Shown: positions 17,578-27,023, counted from the stretch's first letter. The stretch: 30,373 bases of DNA from Bacillota bacterium (GCA_023396795.1 JAEWUY010000128.1:1-30373); one strand, 5' to 3'. Numbers and translations: made by a program. The notes: generated by a model from the letters alone, not told the origin.

Positions 17578-19770
17578 TTAGTGTTTTTTGCTCTTACGTG
17601 TTAACGCGAAGATCATTGTGCCAGCTAAGAAAATAATAGCAAGAAAGACGAGTAAAAAGACCATATTTTCTTCTGCGATCATTGGCGTAGGGAACGAATT
17701 ACTTTGGGTTTGAACGCCACTCATAAAGGCCTCTAAATCATATTTTGAAACAATATCGATATATCTTGCTAATGCATTCTCGACGTCACTACCAAAGGCA
17801 TTCGGAGTCGCTGTTGAAATAATCATTTTGGCAGCCTCGCTGATGGCAAGGTAATTGGTTTTTACGCTATTCCAAACGCTCGCTAGTTGTACCGAACTTT
17901 TGTTTTGACAGCCAAGACTCGTTTGATTAAGGAAGTCGGCAGCCCATTCTTCAGATTCAAGAGTAGGAGGCACGCTAGAACCAGAACCTAAACGATATAA
18001 AATCAGATTAGAAGTTCCGTTTGTATTAGCAGATCCGTATCCTCTCCATTCAGACAGAGAGAGGGATAATGCTGCAGTTAAAAATCTAGTTCCTGCATTT
18101 GATTTAAGCATTATACTTGTTGAACCTTGGCTAGCAACCCAGTAGTCGCTAATTCCTGATGCGGTGGCGCCAATGCCATCATTTGTCGTAGTTGAATTAA
18201 GAAAATATCCATTATTGGAAATCTTCCAAGAATTTGTGCCATTACCGGTAAATGTCCATGCATTTGTTATATTTATACTTCCCACATCGGTAAATGCCGT
18301 GATTGTTGAGTTACCGTTAGTAAAACCACCAGTCTGCATTGGCAAATAATATTTGCTGCCACTATCAACGGTAATAAAATAGTTACCTTCAGTAATATTC
18401 TGATAATTATCAACCTTTGTAATCGATGAAGCCTCGACTATCGTAACGCTGCATGTTGCTACTAGATTAGAGTTTACAGTCGAAGTTGCTGTAATCGTCG
18501 CGTTGCCAAGAGCTATACCGGAAACAACGCCGTTACTGACTAGAGCGACACTAGAATTAGATGTTGCCCAGGTTACGCTGTTGCTTGTTCCTGATGGCGA
18601 GGAAGTAACGTTTAATGTCGAAACATTGCCCATCGGAAGTGATAAAGTGGTCGGGCTGACCGAAATAGAAGTCGGAGGTTGCGGTGGAGTAACTGTTACC
18701 GACATTGTCGCTTTGATGCTTGTATTACTCGTTGAAGTGGCGGTGATTGTCGCCTGGCCTTCATTTTGAGCGGTTAATAGACCATTGATGACTGTTGCCA
18801 CGGCATTATTAGAACTGGACCAAATAACGGACGTACTGGCTCCAGAGGGCTGTGCGGTCACCGTGATGTTTTGCGTCGTACCTTTGGCCAGGCTAACACT
18901 TGCAGGCGAGAGCGATAAAGATTCTAATTCCATTGATTGGGAAGAACAAACATTCCTGGTGTTATCGTTGGTGTCGCCCCAAATGCGGCAGGGAAGAGTA
19001 ACATCGTCAATAAAAGGATTGCGGTTATAATTTAAGGATATGTCGAGTGTTTCGTTACGAATTATTTCGCTTTGGTCGATGGGATATTGCAAATTCCATT
19101 TTAATAAATCACCAAGTTTGCCCATGCGATTGCCCGTGCCACTTGCTTGACCACGACCGACATCTTCAAGAATCAAACCTTCAGAATGACCGATTGTTGC
19201 CCCATAAAAGGCGATGCGTGCCGCGATGCCACGATATTTGGGATTTCCAAAAGTATCGGGGTCCCAGCCATTAATAGATTCCTCGGCATAGTATTGGTTT
19301 CCGCGTGATGAATTCTCACTTGTTAAAGTTGGGCGAATAACGTGTGGATCATTTTCAATACGATTACCACCATGACTATCGGGCCAGGTATGTTCTTTGT
19401 TCATTCCTGAATAGCCACTAACAGGTGTTCCTGAATAAAAACTAACGATATAGCCGCCATTCGGACGATTGGGATCAACATCGGTATATGGGAAGGCCGA
19501 AGATTGTAAACTTCCGTACGAAAAACTAGCTGATCTTTCGTTTTGTAACAATGATTCTAAAGAAGACTTTAAAGTATTGCCAGTTAAGCTATTGCTAATC
19601 GAAGCATAGTAATTATCGATATAAGCTTGACTTGACCTCGTTGTAATGACGGTAGGAGCGGCATAAACGCTTTCTGCTTCTTGGATAAAAGAAAAGTGGA
19701 CAAGAGCCGGAACTATCACCAAAGAGGTAAGTAAAGTAATTATTATTTTTCTGCTATTATGTTTCATCAT
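17578..19770 (-). CDS. Surface-anchored Endonuclease I-family nuclease: signal, nuclease, 2x Big_2, beta-rich domain, conserved C-terminal module, TM
   Basis: NKEHTWPDS, NDPHVIRPT...NSSRGN, RGIAARIAFY, LLKWN, RN...NRNPFID. Two Ig repeats (WSSSN..VATV..G / WATSN). C-terminal TM plus RKSKKH. Confidence 0.87.
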   Translation of the reverse strand: MMKHNSRKIIITLLTSLVIVPALVHFSFIQEAESVYAAPTVITTRSSQAYIDNYYASISNSLTGNTLKSSLESLLQNERSASFSYGSLQSSAFPYTDVDPNRPNGGYIVSFYSGTPVSGYSGMNKEHTWPDSHGGNRIENDPHVIRPTLTSENSSRGNQYYAEESINGWDPDTFGNPKYRGIAARIAFYGATIGHSEGLILEDVGRGQASGTGNRMGKLGDLLKWNLQYPIDQSEIIRNETLDISLNYNRNPFIDDVTLPCRIWGDTNDNTRNVCSSQSMELESLSLSPASVSLAKGTTQNITVTAQPSGASTSVIWSSSNNAVATVINGLLTAQNEGQATITATSTSNTSIKATMSVTVTPPQPPTSISVSPTTLSLPMGNVSTLNVTSSPSGTSNSVTWATSNSSVALVSNGVVSGIALGNATITATSTVNSNLVATCSVTIVEASSITKVDNYQNITEGNYFITVDSGSKYYLPMQTGGFTNGNSTITAFTDVGSINITNAWTFTGNGTNSWKISNNGYFLNSTTTNDGIGATASGISDYWVASQGSTSIMLKSNAGTRFLTAALSLSLSEWRGYGSANTNGTSNLILYRLGSGSSVPPTLESEEWAADFLNQTSLGCQNKSSVQLASVWNSVKTNYLAISEAAKMIISTATPNAFGSDVENALARYIDIVSKYDLEAFMSGVQTQSNSFPTPMIAEENMVFLLVFLAIIFLAGTMIFALTRKSKKH

Positions 19771-19801
19771 TTTCCCCGAGTGTCTAAACAGACTAAGAAA
19801 A

Positions 19802-19830
19802 ATTTTAACATAAGCATGAGAAAATACGAA
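19802..19830 (-). promoter_or_regulatory. Possible internal promoter for the 730-aa nuclease
   Basis: Minus strand TTCGTA, 17-bp spacer ending in TG-n, then TAAAAT (extended -10), within the 94-bp gap. Confidence 0.35.
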
Positions 19831-19864
19831 ACATTATTATAAATAATAACTTCGAAAGACTAAT

Positions 19865-22800
19865 TTACTTTAAAGCACGCTTTTTCTTTTCAACAAAGAA
19901 GAAAGCCATTAAGGTCGATGATAATAAAACGGTAATAGCGATAATAATGTGCCAATCATCATTGTAAGCGTTTAATGTCAACCGATTTTCGACTGCTGTC
20001 ATTTCAACACCGTTTCCATCGGTTATAAAATTTTCGAGCTGGTATTTATTTATAATAAATTGATAACGTTCGATTGCCGCAGTTATTGTTGCGTTTGAAG
20101 TAGAATTATTGACAAAAGTATCTTTTGAACTTGATGCCATATAGCCATATTCGTTGTCAAGAATTGTCCAATCACTATCAAAATTACCCGACATCGCTTG
20201 GCAAGTTTCATCCGTTAAATCAAGAAAATATGTCGCCCAAGCAATTGCTTGTTCATCACTAGTGACATTGCCACTGACTTCACCGCCAATAAAAGTATGA
20301 ATTCCAACATCACTAGATTGTTGATTAGCATAAGCATTCCATTCACCCATCGTAAAAGTTGCGTTTGGAGAGGCAATATCTGATGTTCTGCGTAATGTCA
20401 TATCGGCTGTACTGCCCAAACCATTAGCAGCATTTCCAGTCCATGCCCCACCGGATGGGTCAACTCCGATAACACCAATTAAATCGATGATCACACCATT
20501 TTTCAAAAGGGCAATAGCGTCATTACCATTAAAATAGGTGACAACTGATTCAACATATGTTCCAACTTTATAAGCGGCGACAGCACCTGCATTGACGATT
20601 GAAAAAACAGAATTGTTTGTAAGTGAAGCGCTTGAAGAAAATGCATAAGTGGAAGAAGCGGTTGACGAGCCGTTAGAATATAAATTGATACTATAACCAT
20701 CAAGATTTACAGTCGTTCCGGTTCCATTATAAATTTCTAATAATTTATCGTTTCCTGGAGAAGCTTCTATATATTCAGAAATAAATAAATCGGTTGCGAA
20801 GTTTGCGCTTGTGCTAACGCTTGCTCCGTTATTCGTAATTGTGACATTATAGGAAGCTGTTTTTCCGGCATATGTGATAGTAGCGGTTTGTGATCCAAGG
20901 ACACTTGTGTTGACTCCAGTGACATCGAATCCTGATGATAAATCGGAAGTAGATGCATTATCGTATGTTACTGTGATAACTAAGCCCGCTGATGAAAAGA
21001 CGCTTCCTAATGTAAAGGCAGTGCTTGTCGCCGGCGTTTTAATTGCAATACTGGCAACATTATTAGCGAGAACACTAATCCCGCTTATTGAGGCTGTTTT
21101 GGTAATACCGCCTTCCGAATATGAAACAGTAATTGTTGTCGTTCCTTCCGTCAAAGGGTTAGGAGCAAACATACATAGATCAGTAACGATTGCGGTTGAT
21201 GAGTCGCTATATGTAGCCGTGACAATAAGACCGGTTGTATCAAAACTATCACCATCATAATAAGTTTTATTGCTTGGTTGACTAGTTATGGCGATATTTG
21301 ACAGTGTTTTTGTTTGAACGCCGGACTCATATGTAAAAGAATAAGATTCGCAGTATAAGGAATTAGCAGTCGCAGAAAGTTTAAAAACAAGATCGCTTGT
21401 CGAAGCGGTGACATTCAGGTCATTAATTTCAATTGGCACGAATGATGTCGACCAGGCGCCATTCCAACTTGAATCATTGAAACTGGCGGTCGCAATTAAT
21501 GTTGTAAAATTACTTCCACCATCGACAGAATAAGTAAAATTACCAGCTCCTGAACTCGAGTTTGACTTCATTGACAAAGTAATGGCAGTAATAGTTATTC
21601 CATTCCAGCCACTCAGCGTTAAAGTCTGAGAGTTACCTCCCGTTATTTGTTGCGTGGTCGAATAAGTCTCAACGATTGATGATGTTGTACCAGAAGGAAC
21701 GGTTCCACTTGCTGTTAATGTGTTTTTGGCTGATATCGTATAAGTCACATCGTGAGAAGATTGTTCACTGACAGTTAATAGGCACGTATCCGTAAAATTG
21801 CCATCTTGAGTAGTCACGGTAATGGTAGAAGTGCCGACGGCAATTCCAGTAATAAGCCCTGATGTTGAATTGATAGACGCAACACTTGTGTTGCTGGATG
21901 ACCAAGTTGCAGTCTTATTAGTGGCGTTTGCAGGCGAGAAAACAGGTGTCAATGTTGTAGTGTTTCCTACTCCAATCGAAGCTGTTTCGACTAATGAAAC
22001 TCCTGTTACGGAAATGTTGGTTACTGTTATGGAAGCGGTGGCAGTTACGCTTGTTTTTAAGGTTGAAGTCGCGGTGATTGTGGCCGTGCCATTAGCAACG
22101 CCAGTGACAACGCCATTATTTACTGTTGCGATGGATGAATTGGAAGTTGACCACGTAACGGCAGTGCTAGCTCCGCTTGGTAAAGCGGAAACCGAAAGAG
22201 ATTGTGTTCCACCAATACCGATGGTGGCTGAACTAGGAGATAAGGATAAAGATGTTGGTTCGACACTTTCGCCAGTATCGTTTAAAGCTCCTGAACCGCT
22301 ATAACTAGGATCATAAACCATATCGATGAATTCCGGGTGATCGATATAGGGATTGCGGTTGCCTTGCAAAGAATAGACGGTGTTGTTGCGATAAATTTCA
22401 CGGTTTGTGACCGGGTAGTTTTTGGCCCAATCTAGGCACAACGACTCAGAGGTAAAATTGCCGGTAATAGAATATCCATATGCGGTATTTAAATATAAAG
22501 TGGCTCGAGCGACTTCGCCTTTAGCGGCATTTGGCGGTTCAAACAAGGTCGAATTAGTGTAGGCGTCGATTGTGTTGCCCAAACTATCTTGTACATCAGT
22601 ACTCGCATCTTTCGGGGTAACAATACCAAACAACTTATTGCCACGAGTGCCATTGACTTTATTGTCCGAGGCAAAGATATGAAGATTATCAGCATCTGCT
22701 GGGGAAGTAATTTTTGAATCCGGATATGTGTGCTCGCGATTCCATCCAAGTGAACCACTGACATGAGCGGTTTTGGCAATAGTGGTGCGCGTATAAATTT

Positions 22801-23098
22801 GTAGGACTTTACTGCTATCATTTTCGGCTTCATCCGCCGCTTCATAGCGGGTCCAATTGTAACTTGTCGAGACGTTTCTTGAAATAATTGTGTCGAGGCT
22901 TGATTTAAGAGCGCTTCCTGATAGACCGCGAGCTTCTTCATAATATGTGCCTTCAGAGCTCGTTTGTGTGCCTGACCAAGCATTTATTTCTGCGATGTCA
23001 GAACTAATAACTAAAAAGCTGGCAAATGAAGAAAAAGCAACCGTGATCCCGAGGGTTGCTGTTAAGAAAGCCATTTTAAATTTGCTTGATGTTCTCAT
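19865..23098 (-). CDS. Surface-anchored Endonuclease I-family nuclease: signal, nuclease, 2x Big_2, beta-sandwich, 2x Big_3-like, lamin-tail domain, conserved C-terminal module, TM
   Basis: WNREHTYPDS, NGTRGN, FEPP..AKGEVARATLY, RNN....QGNRNPYIDHPE. LTD motif DLFISEYIEAS..NDKLLEIYNGTG..VNLDGYSI...FNGNDAIAL...TLRR. TM plus KKKR. Confidence 0.88.
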   Translation of the reverse strand: MRTSSKFKMAFLTATLGITVAFSSFASFLVISSDIAEINAWSGTQTSSEGTYYEEARGLSGSALKSSLDTIISRNVSTSYNWTRYEAADEAENDSSKVLQIYTRTTIAKTAHVSGSLGWNREHTYPDSKITSPADADNLHIFASDNKVNGTRGNKLFGIVTPKDASTDVQDSLGNTIDAYTNSTLFEPPNAAKGEVARATLYLNTAYGYSITGNFTSESLCLDWAKNYPVTNREIYRNNTVYSLQGNRNPYIDHPEFIDMVYDPSYSGSGALNDTGESVEPTSLSLSPSSATIGIGGTQSLSVSALPSGASTAVTWSTSNSSIATVNNGVVTGVANGTATITATSTLKTSVTATASITVTNISVTGVSLVETASIGVGNTTTLTPVFSPANATNKTATWSSSNTSVASINSTSGLITGIAVGTSTITVTTQDGNFTDTCLLTVSEQSSHDVTYTISAKNTLTASGTVPSGTTSSIVETYSTTQQITGGNSQTLTLSGWNGITITAITLSMKSNSSSGAGNFTYSVDGGSNFTTLIATASFNDSSWNGAWSTSFVPIEINDLNVTASTSDLVFKLSATANSLYCESYSFTYESGVQTKTLSNIAITSQPSNKTYYDGDSFDTTGLIVTATYSDSSTAIVTDLCMFAPNPLTEGTTTITVSYSEGGITKTASISGISVLANNVASIAIKTPATSTAFTLGSVFSSAGLVITVTYDNASTSDLSSGFDVTGVNTSVLGSQTATITYAGKTASYNVTITNNGASVSTSANFATDLFISEYIEASPGNDKLLEIYNGTGTTVNLDGYSINLYSNGSSTASSTYAFSSSASLTNNSVFSIVNAGAVAAYKVGTYVESVVTYFNGNDAIALLKNGVIIDLIGVIGVDPSGGAWTGNAANGLGSTADMTLRRTSDIASPNATFTMGEWNAYANQQSSDVGIHTFIGGEVSGNVTSDEQAIAWATYFLDLTDETCQAMSGNFDSDWTILDNEYGYMASSSKDTFVNNSTSNATITAAIERYQFIINKYQLENFITDGNGVEMTAVENRLTLNAYNDDWHIIIAITVLLSSTLMAFFFVEKKKRALK

Positions 23099-23106
23099 AT
23101 TTTTTC

Positions 23107-25530
23107 CTACCTAGTCAAATATTTTTCTTTTTTAATCATTAGAAAAGTGGCGACCGATAAAAATGAAATTGAGACTAAAATAAAGACAACGATAAAATTA
23201 TTGTTTACTTTAATCGTATTAATTTCATTTGCAGTCGATACATAACTAATAAAAGGCGTATTTTCTGGATGAGCGTTAATGATGGCACTATACCGAGCAA
23301 TTGCGCTTTGAATTAGGCTTGTCTCTCCACTGTTATCGTATAAGATGCGCGAATCTGCATCCATCCAATCAAATTCATTTTCGAGTCTACTCCACACTTC
23401 GCTTTCTTGCGGCTGCAAAGCCGAACATTGTTCAGATGTCTGGGCGAGGAAATATGAAGCCCAAGCTTCAGCCTGTTCAATATGAGAGCCTATTTGGTAG
23501 GTTGGAGTCGCCTTTATGTAATATATCCCAAGATTTCCAAGAACCTTTGTTTTGTAAAGAATTTTCAGACCTGTAATTGTCGAAGGATTTTCGATAATAA
23601 TGTTTAAAATCTCTTCGCTAGCTGTGGTGTCAAAGCCAGCAGTTTGCGTCACTGATGCGATTTCTGTATTGGTGGTTCCATTGATAGCAAAAACTTGCAA
23701 TTCGTTAGCTGTGATTTCATCAGTACCGCCATTTTGTTTTATTTTTATTACTAAATCGATTTTGACAATATTTTGAGACGAAAAATCACTCCAAATATCG
23801 GTTTTATATATATAATCTCCGGTTTCATCGAGTTTTACTGAACCATCAGCGTATGCGTCTCCTAAATCGTATCCGGTCCACCCTGTTATTGCACCTGCTA
23901 CAGCGGTTTCAGAAACATATTGTGTCCCTATTTCTTCTCCGGTAACAATTGCTCCATTATTTGTAACATCAACGGAATAGTAAGCGGTTTTAGTAAGATA
24001 ACTTACACTAACGCTTTGCTGTCCTAAAACACTTGTATTGGGAAGATTAATTGTCGATGAAGATGTGACGTTTTCAGATGATAAATCGTCATAGTAAGCT
24101 GTAACAACAATTGGGGAAGTATTATAAGTAGAACCATAAGGAGCAGTTGCAGTTGCGCCACTGACTTGAATATATTCAAGAATCTTTTGAGCCTCAGCGG
24201 TAACCGTTAAAGAGCAAGATTCATAAACCGCTGAACCATCTGTTGCAGTTGCGGTAATTGTCGCTGTACCCGCTGATACAGCAGAAATAACCCCATTACT
24301 TACTGTGGCCACGTTTTGGTTGGTGGATGACCAGCTCAAGGTCTTATTTGTTGCATTAATAGGAAGAACTGTCGCTGTTAACGTGTGTTGACTGCCAACG
24401 CCCATCGTTAATGTCGAATTATCAAGATTAATGTCGGTAACTAAAACAGTTTCTCCACCATCGCCCACAGAACTAGTTCCAGCAGCAGTACTGGCTCCGG
24501 GGCCACTATAACTCGTATCAAAAGCTATACGCGCCCATTCTGGGTGGTCGATAAAAGGATTACGATTTAATTGATAATTATTATAAATTAGATTGTTGCG
24601 GTGGATTTCATATTCGTCGACTGGATCTAATTCATTCCATAAAAGTAAAGTGGCCAAATCACCTGCTAGACCAGGCTGCGTTGGAGAAGCGGTAACCGCC
24701 AAAGGAGAACCATTAACTAAAGTTAACTTAGGATGAGTGGCGTCGATGTAGACGTAGTAACGAGCAGGCATATAAAACATTGCTCGAGCAACATCACCCT
24801 TATATTCATCCAAAGGTTCGCAAACTTTTTGCGATGAACCCGAAATATAACCATTTCTTCCTACATAAGTGCTTCTATCAGGAATTGTTTTGTCCGTGCC
24901 ATTGTATGTGTCTCCTTCATAATTGGTTATATCAGTTTCTGGTACAGCAAAATTGTTGTTGTTGTGCATGAATGAATTGGCTCTCTTGTCTGCGGGCCAA
25001 AGAGCATGAAAATCACTGCCGGCTCCGTTAGTTCTCCCAAATAAGCCAAGAGACTGAGCCCAAATATGTTCTTTATCAAAACTCACTTCACCAGCCCCTG
25101 GATTTTTAAATAAATCCGCTGTCGTAATGCTGTCGTTATAATCTGCATAAAGTTTATGAATATAGGGCATATCATTTTCGTGACTAAAATTCGCTAACTG
25201 CGCTGGCGTCAACGGATTGAGAGACCAGTTACGATCGATTATTTTATATGCATAACGATCAGATTCAGATCCATAACTATATTCACGGTGACCATCAATT
25301 ATTGTATATAGAGCACTTAACAATTGGTCGCCAGATTTATTTTCGACACCCGCATAATAAGAATTCACTTGTGCATCGGTAAGATCAGTTACATTTACGT
25401 TTGTAGGCAAAGTTTGGGCGAATGTTTCTTCGATATTATTGCTGTATTTAGAAATTAGCAAAGAACTGGCTGATAAAACAATAAGACCAAGGATTGATGA
25501 TGCTAGTGTTATTTTTTGATATTTTTTCAT
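23107..25530 (-). CDS. Surface-anchored Endonuclease I-family nuclease: signal, nuclease, Big_2, Big_3-like, beta-sandwich, conserved C-terminal module, TM
   Basis: DKEHIWAQS, GSDFHALWPAD..AN, EPLDEYKGDVARAMFYM, LLLWNELDPVDEYEIHRNN....QLNRNPFIDHPE. TM plus KKEK. Confidence 0.88.
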   Translation of the reverse strand: MKKYQKITLASSILGLIVLSASSLLISKYSNNIEETFAQTLPTNVNVTDLTDAQVNSYYAGVENKSGDQLLSALYTIIDGHREYSYGSESDRYAYKIIDRNWSLNPLTPAQLANFSHENDMPYIHKLYADYNDSITTADLFKNPGAGEVSFDKEHIWAQSLGLFGRTNGAGSDFHALWPADKRANSFMHNNNNFAVPETDITNYEGDTYNGTDKTIPDRSTYVGRNGYISGSSQKVCEPLDEYKGDVARAMFYMPARYYVYIDATHPKLTLVNGSPLAVTASPTQPGLAGDLATLLLWNELDPVDEYEIHRNNLIYNNYQLNRNPFIDHPEWARIAFDTSYSGPGASTAAGTSSVGDGGETVLVTDINLDNSTLTMGVGSQHTLTATVLPINATNKTLSWSSTNQNVATVSNGVISAVSAGTATITATATDGSAVYESCSLTVTAEAQKILEYIQVSGATATAPYGSTYNTSPIVVTAYYDDLSSENVTSSSTINLPNTSVLGQQSVSVSYLTKTAYYSVDVTNNGAIVTGEEIGTQYVSETAVAGAITGWTGYDLGDAYADGSVKLDETGDYIYKTDIWSDFSSQNIVKIDLVIKIKQNGGTDEITANELQVFAINGTTNTEIASVTQTAGFDTTASEEILNIIIENPSTITGLKILYKTKVLGNLGIYYIKATPTYQIGSHIEQAEAWASYFLAQTSEQCSALQPQESEVWSRLENEFDWMDADSRILYDNSGETSLIQSAIARYSAIINAHPENTPFISYVSTANEINTIKVNNNFIVVFILVSISFLSVATFLMIKKEKYLTR

Positions 25531-25631
25531 TTTGCTTTGCTAATTAATAGTTGTCTCTATTATATAAATACTTTATATGTCACTTTTATTGACACAAACG
25601 CTAATATATCTTACGAAACGAAAAAAGACAA

Positions 25632-25647
25632 TATTAAAGTAATTTGA
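25632..25647 (+). repeat. Target-site duplication, left copy (16 bp)
   Basis: TATTAAAGTAATTTGA, identical to 27024-27039. Confidence 0.93.
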
Positions 25648-25673
25648 TGTCGTTATCTAGGGAAAATCTGACA
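25648..25673 (+). repeat. IS left inverted repeat
   Basis: TGTCGTTATCTAGGGAAAATCTGACA versus the reverse complement of the right end, TGTCGTTATCTAGCGATTATCTGACA. Confidence 0.92.
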
Positions 25674-25677
25674 CATG

Positions 25678-25699
25678 GTTATCTAACGATTAGCTTACA
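25678..25699 (+). repeat. Sub-terminal second copy of the IR core at the IS left end
   Basis: GTTATCTAACGATTAGCTTACA matches GTTATCTAGCGATTATCTGACA of the right IR at 19/22 positions and lies 26 bp after the first copy. Confidence 0.75.
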
Positions 25700-25739
25700 T
25701 AGCAAATATCATAGAATTACGCAAAGTGGGGTAACTTCT

Positions 25740-26996
25740 ATGAACAAGTATCAAGCTCGATTCGTCGCTTCTGTTTTAACCAAGGTGCTTAAAGGCCAAT
25801 ATAGCAAATCTGAGGCGTGTCAAAAGACGGGTTATTCCCGACAATACATTTATGAACTTCTCGATAAGTTTAAACAGGATGGATATCAATCGCTCATTCA
25901 TAAGAATACCAGGCGTGCTCCGATTAATAAAATTGACTTCAATCGCAGTAAAGAGATTGTCCGTTTGTATAAAGACAAGTATTACGGTTTTAACTACGCT
26001 CATTTTAAAGAAATGCTCTTGGATTATGAGTATATTTCGGTTTCTTACTGCACGCTTCATCGTCTTTTAACTGAAACCGGTTTTGTCTCGCCAAGGCATC
26101 AAAAGACGCGCCACATCGAAAATCTTCACCCAACAAGAGATAGGCGCAAGTCCTTTGGAGAGCTTATCCAAATCGATGGTTCGATTCATCTTTGGTTTGG
26201 TTCAAGCAAATTTACGCTTCACGCCGCAATCGATGATTCGACATCGACGATTGTCGGAGCTTATTTCGACAAAGAAGAAACGCTAAGAGGCTATTATCTG
26301 ATGTTTAAACAAATCCTCACAAAATACGGAATACCTCAAGAATTTTATGCAGACAGGCGGACGATATTTGACTATCGACATCTTGATGAGAAAGAGAAGG
26401 CACTTGAAAAAGACACCTTTACTCAGTTTCAGCGATGCTGTCGCCAACTGGGTGTCGAGATTCATGTAACATCCATTTCGCAAGCTAAGGGACGCGTGGA
26501 ACGTTTATTTAATACCTTGCAGGATCGCCTCATTTCTGAGATGAGGCTTAACGACATAAAAAACGTACAGGACGCTAATACTTTCCTGCCCCATTACATC
26601 GCAAGGCATAATAAGAAGTTCGCTCTTCCCATCGATGAGATAACATCTTTATTTGTTCCCCCGCCAAGAGAAGAGGAACTCGATTATTACTTATCGATTG
26701 AATATGAACGAAGCGCGGATAATGGCTCCGTTTTTTCTTTAAAGGGAAAGAAAATTCAAGTCATCGATGGAAACGGAGTTGTCGTGGCTTTCCCCGGTAA
26801 AGCAAAAGCAAAATTCTACGAGACTCTAGACGGAAGATTTGTTTGCGTTTATGAGCACTGTTTCTATGAAACAATCACATCAACCTACCTTCATGAAACG
26901 ATTCCATACGAAAAAAAGGAACGAAAGAAATCCACCTATGTTCCGCCCCCTAACCATCCATGGAGAAGATATGCGATTAGAAAAAAAGATAAATAA
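25740..26996 (+). CDS. DDE transposase, IS1202/ISNCY type
   Basis: N-terminal HTH (SKSEACQKTGYSRQYIYEL), FGELIQIDGS (D), FYADR (D), QAKGRVERLFNTLQDRL (E), C-terminal P..HPWR. ATG 25740 is preferred because the track start at 25644 lies outside the IR. Confidence 0.92.
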   Translation: MNKYQARFVASVLTKVLKGQYSKSEACQKTGYSRQYIYELLDKFKQDGYQSLIHKNTRRAPINKIDFNRSKEIVRLYKDKYYGFNYAHFKEMLLDYEYISVSYCTLHRLLTETGFVSPRHQKTRHIENLHPTRDRRKSFGELIQIDGSIHLWFGSSKFTLHAAIDDSTSTIVGAYFDKEETLRGYYLMFKQILTKYGIPQEFYADRRTIFDYRHLDEKEKALEKDTFTQFQRCCRQLGVEIHVTSISQAKGRVERLFNTLQDRLISEMRLNDIKNVQDANTFLPHYIARHNKKFALPIDEITSLFVPPPREEELDYYLSIEYERSADNGSVFSLKGKKIQVIDGNGVVVAFPGKAKAKFYETLDGRFVCVYEHCFYETITSTYLHETIPYEKKERKKSTYVPPPNHPWRRYAIRKKDK

Positions 26997-26997
26997 T

Positions 26998-27023
26998 TGT
27001 CAGATAATCGCTAGATAACGACA
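26998..27023 (-). repeat. IS right inverted repeat
   Basis: TGTCAGATAATCGCTAGATAACGACA, starting at the second base after the transposase stop. Confidence 0.92.

Larger units (their letters stand above)
25648..27023 (+). mobile_element. Insertion sequence, IS1202 family (formerly ISNCY), 1376 bp
   Basis: Ends TGT...ACA; 26-bp terminal inverted repeats (23/26 identical); flanked by a perfect 16-bp direct repeat; single DDE transposase. Confidence 0.92.

Noticed and set aside
19802..19829. dif-like site (minus strand TTATGTTAAAA resembles a XerD arm)
   Set aside because: The XerC-side arm does not match, and the sequence is better explained as an extended -10 promoter.
9803..24971. Numerous 60-165-aa antisense or alternate-frame ORFs inside long genes (e.g. 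10112..10519, 20874..21260, 21822..22304, 22489..22983)
   Set aside because: They are shadow ORFs fully overlapping well-supported genes, with no RBS or recognisable motifs. The Val/Ala-rich ones mirror Thr/Ser-rich Ig-domain codons.
25578..25594. TGTCA-N7-TGACA palindrome containing TTGACA upstream of the nuclease array
   Set aside because: The arms are only 5 bp and no correctly spaced -10 follows TTGACA. Too weak to call.
25644..25739. N-terminal extension of the transposase in the ORF track
   Set aside because: It begins in the target duplication and runs through the IR. ATG 25740 with a GGGG RBS-like run is the plausible start.
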